Origin: Candidatus Bathyarchaeia archaeon
GTDB taxonomy: Archaea > Thermoproteota > Bathyarchaeia > 40CM-2-53-6
Length of the DNA: 64,000 nt
Assembly: GCA_050013255.1 (NCBI GenBank)
Contig: JBEKFP010000001.1
Span: 896,001-960,000, forward strand
Reading direction: 5' to 3'
Part shown: positions 9,918 to 20,395 of the stretch, piece by piece
Layout: every line of letters starts with the position of its first letter
How positions within the stretch are numbered: the stretch's first letter is position 1
Translations under genes and position numbers: made by a program
The notes under the pieces: model-generated
The model's database searches: none
Told to the model about the DNA's origin: nothing
Seen by the model: the letters and a program-made list of their open reading frames with translations, nothing else

Positions 9918-10207
9918 AAAGATGAGTAAGAGTGGGATGATGCGTCTTGTTACTGACGTAATAATGCGACTCGTGTTCTTTATCTCAATCTTCTCGATGT
10001 TTGAGAACTAAGCCCTGTACTTTCCCAAGCACAGTTTGTTTCAGTACCATAAACCAATCGGGGTACAGGTTTTAGGCGGGTAAGTATTAAAGGCCATCGA
10101 CGATTGAAAGACATTATGCCATTATCGTGAGCACTAGTTTCCCAAATCGGGTTTTGCACTGAAGCCATAAGGAGAATTTGTTATTTCTTCGGAGTGTGAT
10201 GATTTAG

Positions 10208-10837
10208 TTGGCAGTCACAGTTCAAGAAGCTATTAGAACTCTGCGGAGTATGCGGCGCCTAAAGAGTGATCCAGTGGAACCGGAGAAGATTCAAGCAATT
10301 CTAACCGCTGCAGGGATGGCACCCTCGGGCGGAAACTCGCAACCGTGGGAGTTCATTCTGATCACAGACGCCACCGTCAAGGGGCAACTACGCGAACTTG
10401 TGGTTCAAGGGCTTGAAACGTATGCAAAGTCTAACCTGCGGATCCCCAAGGATACTCTACCAGAATTCCTATCCTCCACGAACCCCGTAGCCTGGCTCGC
10501 TCAGAACACCGACAAGATTCCGGTTCTAATTCTCGCATGCCTCAACACGAAACGGGCAAAGCGGCTTACGGATGATTGGGCTTGGCTTGAGGAGCAGTCG
10601 AACTGGGCCTCCATCTTCCCAGCCGTGCAAAACCTCCTATTGGCAGCGCGAGCCTTGGGTCTAGGAACAGCCATTTCAATCTTCCCACTATTTCGAATTG
10701 CCGATCTGAAGGCGGTCCTTCAACTTCCCGATTACGTGAAGCCAGCTATACTCATTTACGTGGGTTACCCAGCGTCGCGCTTCAGCGAACCGAAACGGCA
10801 TCCAATCGAGAATTTCATCCATGAGAACAAATGGTGA
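10208..10837 (+). CDS. Nitroreductase family flavoprotein
   Basis: RSMRR, APSGGNSQPWEF, QNLLLAARALGLG. Confidence 0.92.
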   Translation: MAVTVQEAIRTLRSMRRLKSDPVEPEKIQAILTAAGMAPSGGNSQPWEFILITDATVKGQLRELVVQGLETYAKSNLRIPKDTLPEFLSSTNPVAWLAQNTDKIPVLILACLNTKRAKRLTDDWAWLEEQSNWASIFPAVQNLLLAARALGLGTAISIFPLFRIADLKAVLQLPDYVKPAILIYVGYPASRFSEPKRHPIENFIHENKW

Positions 10838-10856
10838 GTAGGTAAAATCAGACCCC

Positions 10857-11453
10857 ATGTCACATTATCGCAATTCTGAGGATCTTGTAATTAGGTTCAG
10901 CACTCAAGTAAAAGCCGTGGGCGGTTACTTCACCTCCCTCACAAATTTCGCCGAAGTCACCGAGTACGTAAGCAAATTGGCTTCAACGATGAAGGCGAGG
11001 CGAATAGCAGTCAGCGGAGCAGGCCTCTCTTCCCCGCTATTAGTTCCTAAGCTTCTCATCCCTTGTGACCTGATAAGCCTGGCAAACATGGAGAGGGCAG
11101 ATTTCTTTGAAGCGCTTAAGTCAGCTGAGATTGGCGTCACTTGTGCAGACTTAGGCGTCGCAGAGACGGGGACGTTGATTATTGCAACCACGGATGAATT
11201 GGACCGGCTCGTCACAGCACTGCCTTTACTCCACGTCGCGATTCTCCCCCGTTCTAAGCTTGTCTTCGCGCTCGACGATGCGCAGAAACGAATTTCCCAA
11301 CTTCTTATGAATACTTCAGCCGCGGTTTCCATTTCACTCATCTCCGCCTCGAGCAGAACCTCGGATGTTGGTGGTATCAGCATCTTAGGAGCGCATGGGC
11401 CGAAAGAATTGCATGTCTTACTCCTCGACCAAGACCTTCCGGGAGGCCTATGA
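10857..11453 (+). CDS. lutC: LutC/YkgG (LUD domain) protein
   Basis: GVAETGTL, LP..HVA, SRTSD, GAHGP motifs. Confidence 0.85.
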   Translation: MSHYRNSEDLVIRFSTQVKAVGGYFTSLTNFAEVTEYVSKLASTMKARRIAVSGAGLSSPLLVPKLLIPCDLISLANMERADFFEALKSAEIGVTCADLGVAETGTLIIATTDELDRLVTALPLLHVAILPRSKLVFALDDAQKRISQLLMNTSAAVSISLISASSRTSDVGGISILGAHGPKELHVLLLDQDLPGGL

Positions 11454-13585
11454 CTTTGGATAAAATTGGCGTCGAAGCCCATGAACAACTAATCAGCAAA
11501 ATCATAAACGGCATCGGAGATAAGCAACGAAGGGCACAACTATACCTTGGGACTGAGGGGGATCGCGAAGAAAGCGAGAAAGCGTATTCCGAGCTCCCTA
11601 ACGGAAACTGGTTGCTTCAAGAGGCAAGGAGAATCAGGCGTCAGTCAATAGAAAACTTGGACGATAACATCAAGAAATTCACTCACGCCGCAGAAGCATC
11701 CGGCGTCCATGTGCATTTTGCACACGACGGAGCAACGGCTGTCCGAGTCGTGCTAAGCCTCGCCCATGAGGCAAGAGCTAGGCGTATCGTCAAAGCAAAA
11801 TCGATGACAAGCGAGGAGATTGACCTTCGCCAGCACCTCGAGGAGGAGGGCCTGGATGTTGTTGAGACCGACCTTGGTGAAAGAATAGTCCAGCTCGCCA
11901 ACCAAAGACCCTCCCACATCACCGCTCCAGCCCTTCATATGACCGTGGAAGAGATCACCGAACTATTCTCAAAGAAGCTGGGTAAACAGCTGCCTCCGGA
12001 CCCTGGAACAATAACAGCTGTGGCAAGAGAGTCTCTTAGAAATGAGTTTCTTCAGGCTGATGTCGGGATTACTGGCGCGAACTTTGCAATCGCCGATTCG
12101 GGGGCAATCGTGATTGTGAGCAATGAGGGCAATGCCCGCCTCGTCACAGCTCTCCCACGCATGACCATATCCATCCTAGGGTCAGAAAAGATTGTCCCGA
12201 ACACAGCGGACGCCTTCACGCTCCTGCAAACGTTGATCTTGAGCTCGGCAGCTCGAAAATTAACCAGCTACGTCACTATCGTCAGAGGCGGAAGTAAGCT
12301 CGCGCAGAGAGACCAACCGCAAGAACAGCACATTCTCATCATCGATAACGGTCGTTCAAGGATGCTGGCAGACCCGAACTTCCGGGAGGCGTTGTATTGC
12401 TTGCGGTGTGGGGCTTGCATGGATACCTGCCCCACCTTCAGGCTTTTTGGCGGCCACGTGTTCGGTCACATCTACCCAGGCCCTATTGGGATTCCTTGGA
12501 CCGAGTACACGGCAACTCCGGACGCTGCAGGACAATTTGCGCCCCTTTGCATTTCATGCGGTTTATGTCAAAGGGTCTGCCCAGAGGACATCAACATTCC
12601 GCTACTCATAGCCCAAGTCAAAGAAAGGTACACACAACGCCACGGGCAACTATCGATAAACAGAACCCTCTGCAATTATGAAACCTTCGTTGGCTTCGCA
12701 AGCGCAACGGCCCCTATCTCCAACTTTCTCATGCGACGGAAGGCCTTCAGGAGAATGCTCCAAAGCCTTCTAGGCTTAGATGCACGGCGCCCCTTCCCAC
12801 CCTTTAACCGACACACGTTCAAGAAATGGTACGGTCCCCACACAAGCACGGGCTCAAGGCCGATAGCCTATTTCGTTGACACATACGCCGACATGTGCGA
12901 ACCAGAAATTGGCAAAGCGGTCGTCGGAATTCTCGAGTACAACGATTGCAAGGTGACCCTTCCCAAACAAATCGGTAGCGGGATCCCAGCCTTCCTCTAT
13001 GGTGACATGAAAAGAACCACACGTGCAGCTGAATTCAACGTTCCAAAGCTCGCCGAGTCCGTGAGGGATGGCTGTGAAATAGTTTCTTCAGAGCCAACGG
13101 CAACCTATTGTTTGAAGGAGCTCTATCCTAGGCTTCTTAATTCAGAAGAAGCCAGGTTGGTCGCAACACACTCCCACGACCTTTTCGAATACTTGTTACA
13201 AATGCACGATAAAGGAAAGCTAAGAGACTTTCCGAGAGCTACTATAGGGCCGGTCGCGTATTATTCCCCATGCCACACGAGAAGCGTCTATGGGAAATCC
13301 AACGCCCTAGAGATTCTAAAACTCGCTGGAATAGACGCACGCCCCGTGAGGTACAATACCTGCTGCGGAATCGCAGGAACCTTCGGATTCAAGAAGGGCC
13401 CCGAAGGATACGATGTCTCAATGGCGATCGGCGAAACACTCTTTGAAAGGTTGAAGACCCTAGGCCTTAGCCAAGTCTTAACAGAGAGTAGCGTTTGCAA
13501 GATGCAGATAGAGCACGGCACATCGCTCCCAGTCAACCATCCCGCCGTCGTTCTATGGAAACAACTTCAATCCCCTCGCAACTGA
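11450..13585 (+). CDS. lutB: LutB-type LUD plus 2x[4Fe-4S] protein fused to C-terminal CCG (GlpC/LutA-like) domains
   Basis: KAKSMTSEE, ETDLGE, PSHITAPALH, CLRCGACMDTCP, CISCGLCQRVCP, PCH, CCGIAG; ATGA overlap with lutC. Confidence 0.88.
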   Translation: MTLDKIGVEAHEQLISKIINGIGDKQRRAQLYLGTEGDREESEKAYSELPNGNWLLQEARRIRRQSIENLDDNIKKFTHAAEASGVHVHFAHDGATAVRVVLSLAHEARARRIVKAKSMTSEEIDLRQHLEEEGLDVVETDLGERIVQLANQRPSHITAPALHMTVEEITELFSKKLGKQLPPDPGTITAVARESLRNEFLQADVGITGANFAIADSGAIVIVSNEGNARLVTALPRMTISILGSEKIVPNTADAFTLLQTLILSSAARKLTSYVTIVRGGSKLAQRDQPQEQHILIIDNGRSRMLADPNFREALYCLRCGACMDTCPTFRLFGGHVFGHIYPGPIGIPWTEYTATPDAAGQFAPLCISCGLCQRVCPEDINIPLLIAQVKERYTQRHGQLSINRTLCNYETFVGFASATAPISNFLMRRKAFRRMLQSLLGLDARRPFPPFNRHTFKKWYGPHTSTGSRPIAYFVDTYADMCEPEIGKAVVGILEYNDCKVTLPKQIGSGIPAFLYGDMKRTTRAAEFNVPKLAESVRDGCEIVSSEPTATYCLKELYPRLLNSEEARLVATHSHDLFEYLLQMHDKGKLRDFPRATIGPVAYYSPCHTRSVYGKSNALEILKLAGIDARPVRYNTCCGIAGTFGFKKGPEGYDVSMAIGETLFERLKTLGLSQVLTESSVCKMQIEHGTSLPVNHPAVVLWKQLQSPRN

Positions 13586-13652
13586 ACCCTGCGAAGGTAT
13601 CTCCTATGATCACGTCTCTGCGAAGGCCATAATGGAAACAAGTGGGCATCCT

Positions 13653-14912
13653 TTAGCGAGGGTTAGCCTGCTCAGGTTGCTTTGCGTTACAGTGAGGGCA
13701 AATTTGCGTTCCAGCCTGTAATTGTGCGCCGCATTGGACGCAGTATTGGACCTTACTCACAGCAACTGGGGTTGCAGCGGGTTGCCAGACTGGATGTAAC
13801 TCTAACTCCTGTCTCGTTTGAATTGTTTTCATCAAATCGCCGCGGGTGACTACACCGAGTAGCCGACCGCCTTCCGTGACCAGCATCATATCAACTCTTT
13901 CTCGGGCCATCCGCTGCAAAGCATCTAACGCCGACGCATCAGATTGAACAATGGGTGCACGTTCATAGGGGACCATCGCATGGGCCACCGTTTCAGTTGC
14001 CCGCTGCTCCTTCGGAATCGCCCGCGCAGACTGCAACGTAACCAACCCGAGCAACTGGCCATCCTTCATAACAGGGTAGCCCTCATGAGGATGAACGAGG
14101 AAGTAGTCGGACACAAGCTGTTGCACGGTGATTTCGGGTGCTACCGTCAGTACTCCTCGGGTCATAATGTCGCCAACTCTTACACCCGTCAGGGTTTCTC
14201 CGAGGAGTGTCTGCCTAAGGCTTGTCTCGGCACCGGATTTTATGAACCAACCAAGAACCACGATCCAAATCCCATCGACGAAGTCTCCGAGAATTATCGC
14301 GACGAAACCTCCAAGCATCATGAGAAGCGAGAGAGCTTCACTAACGCGGGTGGCCGTCCTTGTGGCACCAACAAGGTTTCTCGAATGTTTCCACAGGCTC
14401 CCGCGAAACACCCGCCCACCGTCAAGTGGAAAAGCGGGCAGCAAGTTAAAGGCGCCAAGAACCGCATTGATCAAGGCTCCGTACCCGACCGTGGCCGTTA
14501 TGACGATGGGTAAGCCGACTAGTTTAGCGATATACCAGAACCCTCCCAACACACCCGCAATCAGGAAACTCATCAACGGCCCGGCAGCGGCCATACGGAC
14601 CTCTAAACCTGCATCCTGAGGTTCCTCAGACATCTCTGAAACTCCACCAAAGAAGAAGAGCGTAATTCTCGCAATCGGTAATCCGTTCTTCTTTGCAATA
14701 TACGAGTGGGATAGTTCGTGGACAAGGACGGAAGCGAACAGAACTATTGCCGACGAAATTCCGATTGTTAAGTAGGTGACCGTGCTTAAGCCGGGATATT
14801 GGTGGGGCATGTACTCGTACGATAGGGACCAAGCGATTAGAATGAACACAAACCATAACGTGTAATGGATCCGAACTGGAATTCCCATAATCCTCCCAAG
14901 CTTAACCGACAA
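13653..14912 (-). CDS. Site-2 protease (M50) with CBS pair and C-terminal zinc ribbon
   Basis: HELSH, NLLPAFPLDGG, CBS repeats, CVQCG...CPHC. Confidence 0.93.
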   Translation of the reverse strand: MSVKLGRIMGIPVRIHYTLWFVFILIAWSLSYEYMPHQYPGLSTVTYLTIGISSAIVLFASVLVHELSHSYIAKKNGLPIARITLFFFGGVSEMSEEPQDAGLEVRMAAAGPLMSFLIAGVLGGFWYIAKLVGLPIVITATVGYGALINAVLGAFNLLPAFPLDGGRVFRGSLWKHSRNLVGATRTATRVSEALSLLMMLGGFVAIILGDFVDGIWIVVLGWFIKSGAETSLRQTLLGETLTGVRVGDIMTRGVLTVAPEITVQQLVSDYFLVHPHEGYPVMKDGQLLGLVTLQSARAIPKEQRATETVAHAMVPYERAPIVQSDASALDALQRMARERVDMMLVTEGGRLLGVVTRGDLMKTIQTRQELELHPVWQPAATPVAVSKVQYCVQCGAQLQAGTQICPHCNAKQPEQANPR

Positions 14913-15071
14913 ATTCTACAGCCTCACTCTGCACCAATCACATACCAATCGGAGACGTTACTGAAAAGTTCTTCCAGTTATCCGCGGTTAGTCAAGCATT
15001 AATGCCACCTACGGAACCTCTAGGAAAAGGTTTTCATTGAACAGCACATTCCTCGCGCTACAACTGGAGAT

Positions 15072-16229
15072 TTGAACATGGAAACAAAGCAATTGATCAT
15101 GTTACCTGGGCCGACAAACATTCCGACACGTGTTGCGAATGCGATGCTGCGGCCAATGATCAACCATCGAGGGCCAGAATTTCGCGAGCTTCATTCCCGA
15201 ATAATCGATAATGCAAAGTATGTTTTCGGAACGAAAAACGATCTATTTGTTCTTTCAGCATCTGGGACGGGCGGCGTAGAATGCGCCGTCAGAAATATCT
15301 GCTCGCAGGGCAGCAAGATCATTGTACCGGTGAATGGTGTTTTCAGCCAACGGTTCTTCGAAGCCGTGAACCTACTGGGCGGCAAAGGGGTTGAGATACC
15401 TGTTGAGTGGGGAAACGCCGTAACCGTTGCACAGGTTGAGGACACCCTACAGAAGAATTCTTCAGTCACAGCCGTGGCGATAATCTACAATGAAACGTCA
15501 ACGGGCGTTACTACGCCGAACCTTAAGCAAATCGGCGAAGTTTGCCACAAACATGGCGCCCTCTTCCTCGTTGACGCCATATCAATTCAAGGCGGCGTCC
15601 CACTTCCAGTGGATGAATGGAATGTCGATATATGCGTAACTGGCAGCCAGAAATGCCTCATGACGCCGCCAGGCCTCGCCCTAATCTCAGTTAGCCCAAG
15701 AGCGTGGGACGTCATCAAGAAGGCCCCTCGCTCATACTACTTCGACCTTCAACTCTGCAAAAAGTTCTGGGATGAGAATAAGGAAACCCCCTACACTCCC
15801 GCGGTGACACTCTTCTTCGCTCTAGACGAAGCGCTGCAGATGATCCGCGAAGAAGGCCTCGAAAAACGATTCAAAAGACACGCCACATGTGCCAACGCCA
15901 TGTACGCCGCGGTGGAAGCCATGGGCCTAGAACTGTATGCTCGAAAAGAAGTCAGGTCAACAACAGTATTGGCAATCAAATATCCCAGCGGCATTGATGA
16001 CAAAAACTTCAGGGGTGTATTGAACAAGAGGTACCGCGTCGTCATAGCTGGGGGTATGGGTAAGACAAAGGGACAGCTATTCCGAATTGGTGTGATGGGA
16101 AGCGTTTCAGAATTCGAGATTCTGGCAACCGCAACCGCCCTTGAATCTCCCCTAATCGAACAGGGCCACAAACTCAAACCTGGAGAAGGCGCAGCGGCAG
16201 CACGTGCGGTTTTCGCGAAGACCCCCTGA
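15072..16229 (+). CDS. Class V PLP aminotransferase (alanine-glyoxylate or serine-pyruvate type)
   Basis: LPGPT, HRGPEF, NETSTG, VDAIS, GSQKCL. Confidence 0.92.
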   Translation: MNMETKQLIMLPGPTNIPTRVANAMLRPMINHRGPEFRELHSRIIDNAKYVFGTKNDLFVLSASGTGGVECAVRNICSQGSKIIVPVNGVFSQRFFEAVNLLGGKGVEIPVEWGNAVTVAQVEDTLQKNSSVTAVAIIYNETSTGVTTPNLKQIGEVCHKHGALFLVDAISIQGGVPLPVDEWNVDICVTGSQKCLMTPPGLALISVSPRAWDVIKKAPRSYYFDLQLCKKFWDENKETPYTPAVTLFFALDEALQMIREEGLEKRFKRHATCANAMYAAVEAMGLELYARKEVRSTTVLAIKYPSGIDDKNFRGVLNKRYRVVIAGGMGKTKGQLFRIGVMGSVSEFEILATATALESPLIEQGHKLKPGEGAAAARAVFAKTP

Positions 16230-16235
16230 ACGTCA

Positions 16236-16928
16236 TTGAACGCAGCCCTACACCGGAGGGGGTGTTCCTTGAGAATATTGGCTTTCACTGATTTTCATGG
16301 AAATCAAGAGGCATATCGACAGGCGAAGGAACTGATTGCGAATGAGAAGCCGGATTTCGTAATAGTCGCTGGCGACATAATCAATTACGACTCAAACCGA
16401 GCCAAGCAACTACTTATGGATTTAGCGACAACTGGGCACCCAGTTTACTTTGTTCCAGGCAACATGGACGGTCGAGAGCTTGGAGACTGGGCAGGAGGGG
16501 AAAACGTTCACGCACTCCATGCGCGATGCAAAAACAATGAAGGCGTATCACTGATAGGTTTGGGCGGCTCTCCGCACGGTCCCTTCAGAACAGTCTTTGA
16601 GTACAGCGAAGAAGAAGCAGAAACGCTCTTCGAACGAGCCGCCAAAAATTGTGGAGGCGGATTGCTAATCCTCGTATCGCACTGCCCACCTAAGAACACC
16701 AAGGTCGACCAGGTTTCCAGCGGCGAACATGTCGGAAGCATAGCCGTCCGAAGGTTCATTGAGAAGGCGGAGCCTAGATTAGTCGTTTCGGGCCATGTAC
16801 ACGAATCCCAGGGGACTGATACGATCGGTTCAACCACGATAGTCAACACTGGGCCAGCCCAAAGCGGACACTACGCTGACATAACCATCAAAGACAAGGT
16901 CACAGTGAAATTTCCAAAGCTCATGTAG
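16236..16928 (+). CDS. Metallophosphoesterase (Icc-like)
   Basis: TDFHG, AGDI, PGNMD, SHCPP, GHVHE; true start probably TTG near 16269. Confidence 0.88.
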   Translation: MNAALHRRGCSLRILAFTDFHGNQEAYRQAKELIANEKPDFVIVAGDIINYDSNRAKQLLMDLATTGHPVYFVPGNMDGRELGDWAGGENVHALHARCKNNEGVSLIGLGGSPHGPFRTVFEYSEEEAETLFERAAKNCGGGLLILVSHCPPKNTKVDQVSSGEHVGSIAVRRFIEKAEPRLVVSGHVHESQGTDTIGSTTIVNTGPAQSGHYADITIKDKVTVKFPKLM

Positions 16929-17061
16929 CATAAGACATGAGCTACGCGAGCTGCACGAAGAAAGAGGCCATGTGAGGGAAATTTCCCATTCTAAAGACAG
17001 CGGCAAGTTATTATGCGGCTAATTTCTAACCGAGCTGAAACAAAACTCGGAGTCCATAACA

Positions 17062-18222
17062 ATGCCTCGCAAGCGAGCAGGTCATCGAAAGACGCGAGCT
17101 ATTCGAGTTGTTCGGCGAGAAACTCTCGTCGCGCTCTTAGTGCTCGTCGTAGTCCTAGGCTCACTTGCTGCATACTATGGAGTGGCCTTAAGCGCACAGA
17201 GGTCAAGTGGATTTGACTCTGCGGAGATTTACGCCAATTCAAGCCACAGCGTCGTGACAATTGAAGGAGTAAGGCTTGAGGCTGTAGACACTGGGACGGG
17301 CATAGCGACAACTTGGGTTGGTATCTACGCTTCCGGGTTCGTCATAGAATATTCCGGGTCATACTACGTAGTAACCAACTTTCACGTAGTTGATTCCCTC
17401 GTCAATACGACGCTAACTTTCTCGAATGGTGACTCTTACAGAGGAAAGATTGTGGGCCTCGACGCCTACAGCGATTTGGGCATAGTCGCCCCACAGGCTC
17501 CTTCGCAAGAACTTTACCCATTGGAGTTGTCGCCATCTTCTTCCCTGAGGGTCGGTCAGCCTGTAGTTGCAATCGGTAACCCCTATGGCTATCAGGGGAG
17601 CATAACGTACGGGATCGTAAGCCAGACGGGACGAACGATCAGTTACGATACCGGTTCCGGTACCACAGGATATCCTATTGCTGATGCGATACAGTTCAGC
17701 GCGCCGATAAACCCAGGCAATTCGGGAGGGCCGCTCCTGACAGCTGATGGAAAAGTTGTGGGAATCACAACCGCCGGCATAACTGGCGCTGAAGGCCTTG
17801 GTTTCGCAATACCCTCCGACACAATAATACGCGAACTCCCATCCCTTGTAGCAACCGGGAAATACAGCAAGCACTCGTACTTGGGCATCCAAGGAATGGA
17901 CATGTTCTATCAACTCGCGCAAGCAGTGGGCGCCAACGCCACATATGGTGTGTTAATACAGAAAACGGTTGCCGGAAGCCCAGCAGCACAAGCCGGTCTA
18001 AAAAGCGGGACAATAAATGTTGACATTGACGGACAATCATACCTAATCGGTGGAGACCTCGTCATTTCGATTGATGGAAACAGGATTGTTAACTACGACT
18101 CGCTATCAACATACCTCGAAAGAAATACGCTTCCGGGTCAGAAGATTGCGATCGGCATAATCAGGGCAGGTACGTACATGGTCGTCGAAGTAACCCTGGG
18201 CACAAGGCCACCTCCTTCCTAA
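17062..18222 (+). CDS. HtrA/DegP-like membrane-anchored serine protease with PDZ domain
   Basis: TNFHVV, SDLG, INPGNSGGPL triad; PDZ-like GSPAAQAGLK. Confidence 0.93.
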   Translation: MPRKRAGHRKTRAIRVVRRETLVALLVLVVVLGSLAAYYGVALSAQRSSGFDSAEIYANSSHSVVTIEGVRLEAVDTGTGIATTWVGIYASGFVIEYSGSYYVVTNFHVVDSLVNTTLTFSNGDSYRGKIVGLDAYSDLGIVAPQAPSQELYPLELSPSSSLRVGQPVVAIGNPYGYQGSITYGIVSQTGRTISYDTGSGTTGYPIADAIQFSAPINPGNSGGPLLTADGKVVGITTAGITGAEGLGFAIPSDTIIRELPSLVATGKYSKHSYLGIQGMDMFYQLAQAVGANATYGVLIQKTVAGSPAAQAGLKSGTINVDIDGQSYLIGGDLVISIDGNRIVNYDSLSTYLERNTLPGQKIAIGIIRAGTYMVVEVTLGTRPPPS

Positions 18223-18288
18223 GACCGGATACTTATTCCAAGAACTTAATTCATCTAGGGGAGCGTTTTCGGGTCACAGTCATATGGA

Positions 18289-19149
18289 ATGGGCCAAAAG
18301 GTTGGTCCGGAATCCAAATTGATTGACATGCTTTCCGTGCTGATCATCTCGATCTTCGCCGGATTCCTCGGTTCCTTAACCGGCCTTGGAGGGGGAAGCA
18401 TCATGATCCCCGTATTGGTCGCTTTCGGCGTACCCGTGAAGTACGCAATCGCCGCAAGTATGGTGACTATTATCGCAACTTCAAGCGGCTCAGCAGCATC
18501 ATACGTCAAAGAACGAATAACAAACGTCAAGGCTGCATTCTACCTCGAAATGTTCACCATAGTTGGAGCGATCATCGGGGCCACAATTACTTCCTTCATT
18601 GCGCCGCGGTTCCTGTATTTCTTCTTTGCAGGGTTTCTTCTAACCTCCTTTCTTGGGTTGTCGGGACATCTGAGGGGGGAGTTTCCGAAGCGGGTAAAGC
18701 AGAACAGGTTTTCGAAGTGGTTGGAGTTGGATGGGAGTTACTACGACGAGGCGGCGAAGAAAAAAGTCTCCTATAAAATGAAAAACGCCCACCTAGGAGG
18801 TCCGTGTATGCTGATTGCAGGATTGGCCGCGGGTATGCTCGGCATCGGTGCAGGCGCCTTCAAAGTCTCAATACATGAACTGATTTTGAAGATGCCTTCC
18901 AAAGTCTCCACAACAACCAGCAATTTCATCATTGGGATAACAGCACTGGCCGGAGCAAGCGTCTACTTCGCTTCGGGACTCCTCTTCGTTGGCCTAGTAG
19001 CGCCAATGGCCGTAGGGACAACTGTCGGCGCGCTGGTGGGAGGCAGGATATTGAACCGGTTACCAAATCGATTGGTAAGGTACCTCTTCCTCGTAATTGT
19101 TGTCGCCCTAATTGTCCAAATGCTCTACGAGGGGATAACTTCCACATGA
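18289..19149 (+). CDS. TauE/SafE family sulfite exporter
   Basis: GSLTGLGGG, GMLGIGAG, TTTSNFIIG. Confidence 0.88.
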   Translation: MGQKVGPESKLIDMLSVLIISIFAGFLGSLTGLGGGSIMIPVLVAFGVPVKYAIAASMVTIIATSSGSAASYVKERITNVKAAFYLEMFTIVGAIIGATITSFIAPRFLYFFFAGFLLTSFLGLSGHLRGEFPKRVKQNRFSKWLELDGSYYDEAAKKKVSYKMKNAHLGGPCMLIAGLAAGMLGIGAGAFKVSIHELILKMPSKVSTTTSNFIIGITALAGASVYFASGLLFVGLVAPMAVGTTVGALVGGRILNRLPNRLVRYLFLVIVVALIVQMLYEGITST

Positions 19150-19532
19150 AGCGGACCTTAAGCGAAGAGAAACTCGATTCGCTGATAAGCTATATTCTAA
19201 TCTTCGGTGTCTTGGTGAGTGTTGCTCTAGAAGCTCTTGGGATCGCAGGCTATTACTCTTCGAATGGAAACCTCAACATACTCTTCCGACCCAGTTTCGC
19301 TATGAAAGAAACGGATTTTTTCAGCTACGCGGGGAAACTGTTTCAAGAACTTTCTATGGGGGGCTGGTCGCCAATGCAGGTGCTTGGCTTGGGTATTGTG
19401 GTTTTGATGTTAACGCCCTACTTGCGAGTGGTGGCCTCCGTGCTCTACTTCGGTCTTGCCAGGAACCCCAAATATCTGCTCATAACGCTCTTCGTTCTAC
19501 TCGTACTGACCGCGAGCCTTCTACAACTCTGA
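19146..19532 (+). CDS. DUF1634-like membrane protein
   Basis: LMLTPYLRV motif; ATGA overlap with the TauE gene, the usual pairing. Confidence 0.8.
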   Translation: MKRTLSEEKLDSLISYILIFGVLVSVALEALGIAGYYSSNGNLNILFRPSFAMKETDFFSYAGKLFQELSMGGWSPMQVLGLGIVVLMLTPYLRVVASVLYFGLARNPKYLLITLFVLLVLTASLLQL

Positions 19533-19636
19533 GATGTAGGAGAAATTTCTAACTAACGGGAACATCGGCGGCCTTTCTGAAAGATTAATGTAGAACGGGC
19601 AAATCTAGGCTTCGCCTTCATAATTCAAGGTGCAAT

Positions 19637-20395
19637 TTGTTGCCTCTTAAGAACGGCGACTTCATACTCGCCAACTACACTCTGAGAGTCAAGGAGACTG
19701 GCGAAACCGTCGGTACTACGCTTGAGACTGTAGCCAAGGAAGCGAAGCTCTATCGCGGAGAAGAACGCTACGAACCATTCTTCATCGTTGTAGGAGAAGG
19801 GTGGGTCCCGAAAGGGCTAGATGAAGCCTTGACCGGCCTAGAGATTGGCAAGGCGAGCACCATTGAGCTGCCTCCAGACAAAGGTTACGGGGTGCGTGAT
19901 CCGAAAAAGGTTCGATTAGTTCCACTTCGCAAATTCACGGCGGAGGGAATGACTCCCATACCAGGTTTACAAGTGAATATAGACGGCAAGACCGCGCAAG
20001 TCCGCTCGGTTGGAGCCGGGCGAGTCCAAGTGGACTACAACCACCCATTCGCCGGCAAGACTCTCATTTACGACCTGACAATCGAGAAGATTGTTGAGAT
20101 GGAGGACGATAAAGTCCGAAACCTCATACACAAACGGATTCCGTCCGTCGGACCAGAGAAGTTTAATGTTAAGCTTGAGCAGGGGAAGCTGGAAGTTGAG
20201 ATACCCGAGGAAGCATTCTTCCTTGAAGGTTTGCAGGTGGAAAAGCGAACAGTTACTGCCGATATAGAGAAATATCTTCCGAAGATCGAAACTGTTGCTT
20301 TCCTCGAAGTTTTCAAGAAACCTGCCCCTGCAGCTCCCACGGTAACGCCAGAAGCAAAAGCTCCACCCGCAGCTCCAGCAGCGGCCTCCCCATAG
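19637..20395 (+). CDS. slyD: Long-type archaeal FKBP peptidyl-prolyl isomerase
   Basis: VGEGWVPKGLDEAL, PPDKGYG, VDYNHPFAGK. Confidence 0.9.
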   Translation: MLPLKNGDFILANYTLRVKETGETVGTTLETVAKEAKLYRGEERYEPFFIVVGEGWVPKGLDEALTGLEIGKASTIELPPDKGYGVRDPKKVRLVPLRKFTAEGMTPIPGLQVNIDGKTAQVRSVGAGRVQVDYNHPFAGKTLIYDLTIEKIVEMEDDKVRNLIHKRIPSVGPEKFNVKLEQGKLEVEIPEEAFFLEGLQVEKRTVTADIEKYLPKIETVAFLEVFKKPAPAAPTVTPEAKAPPAAPAAASP

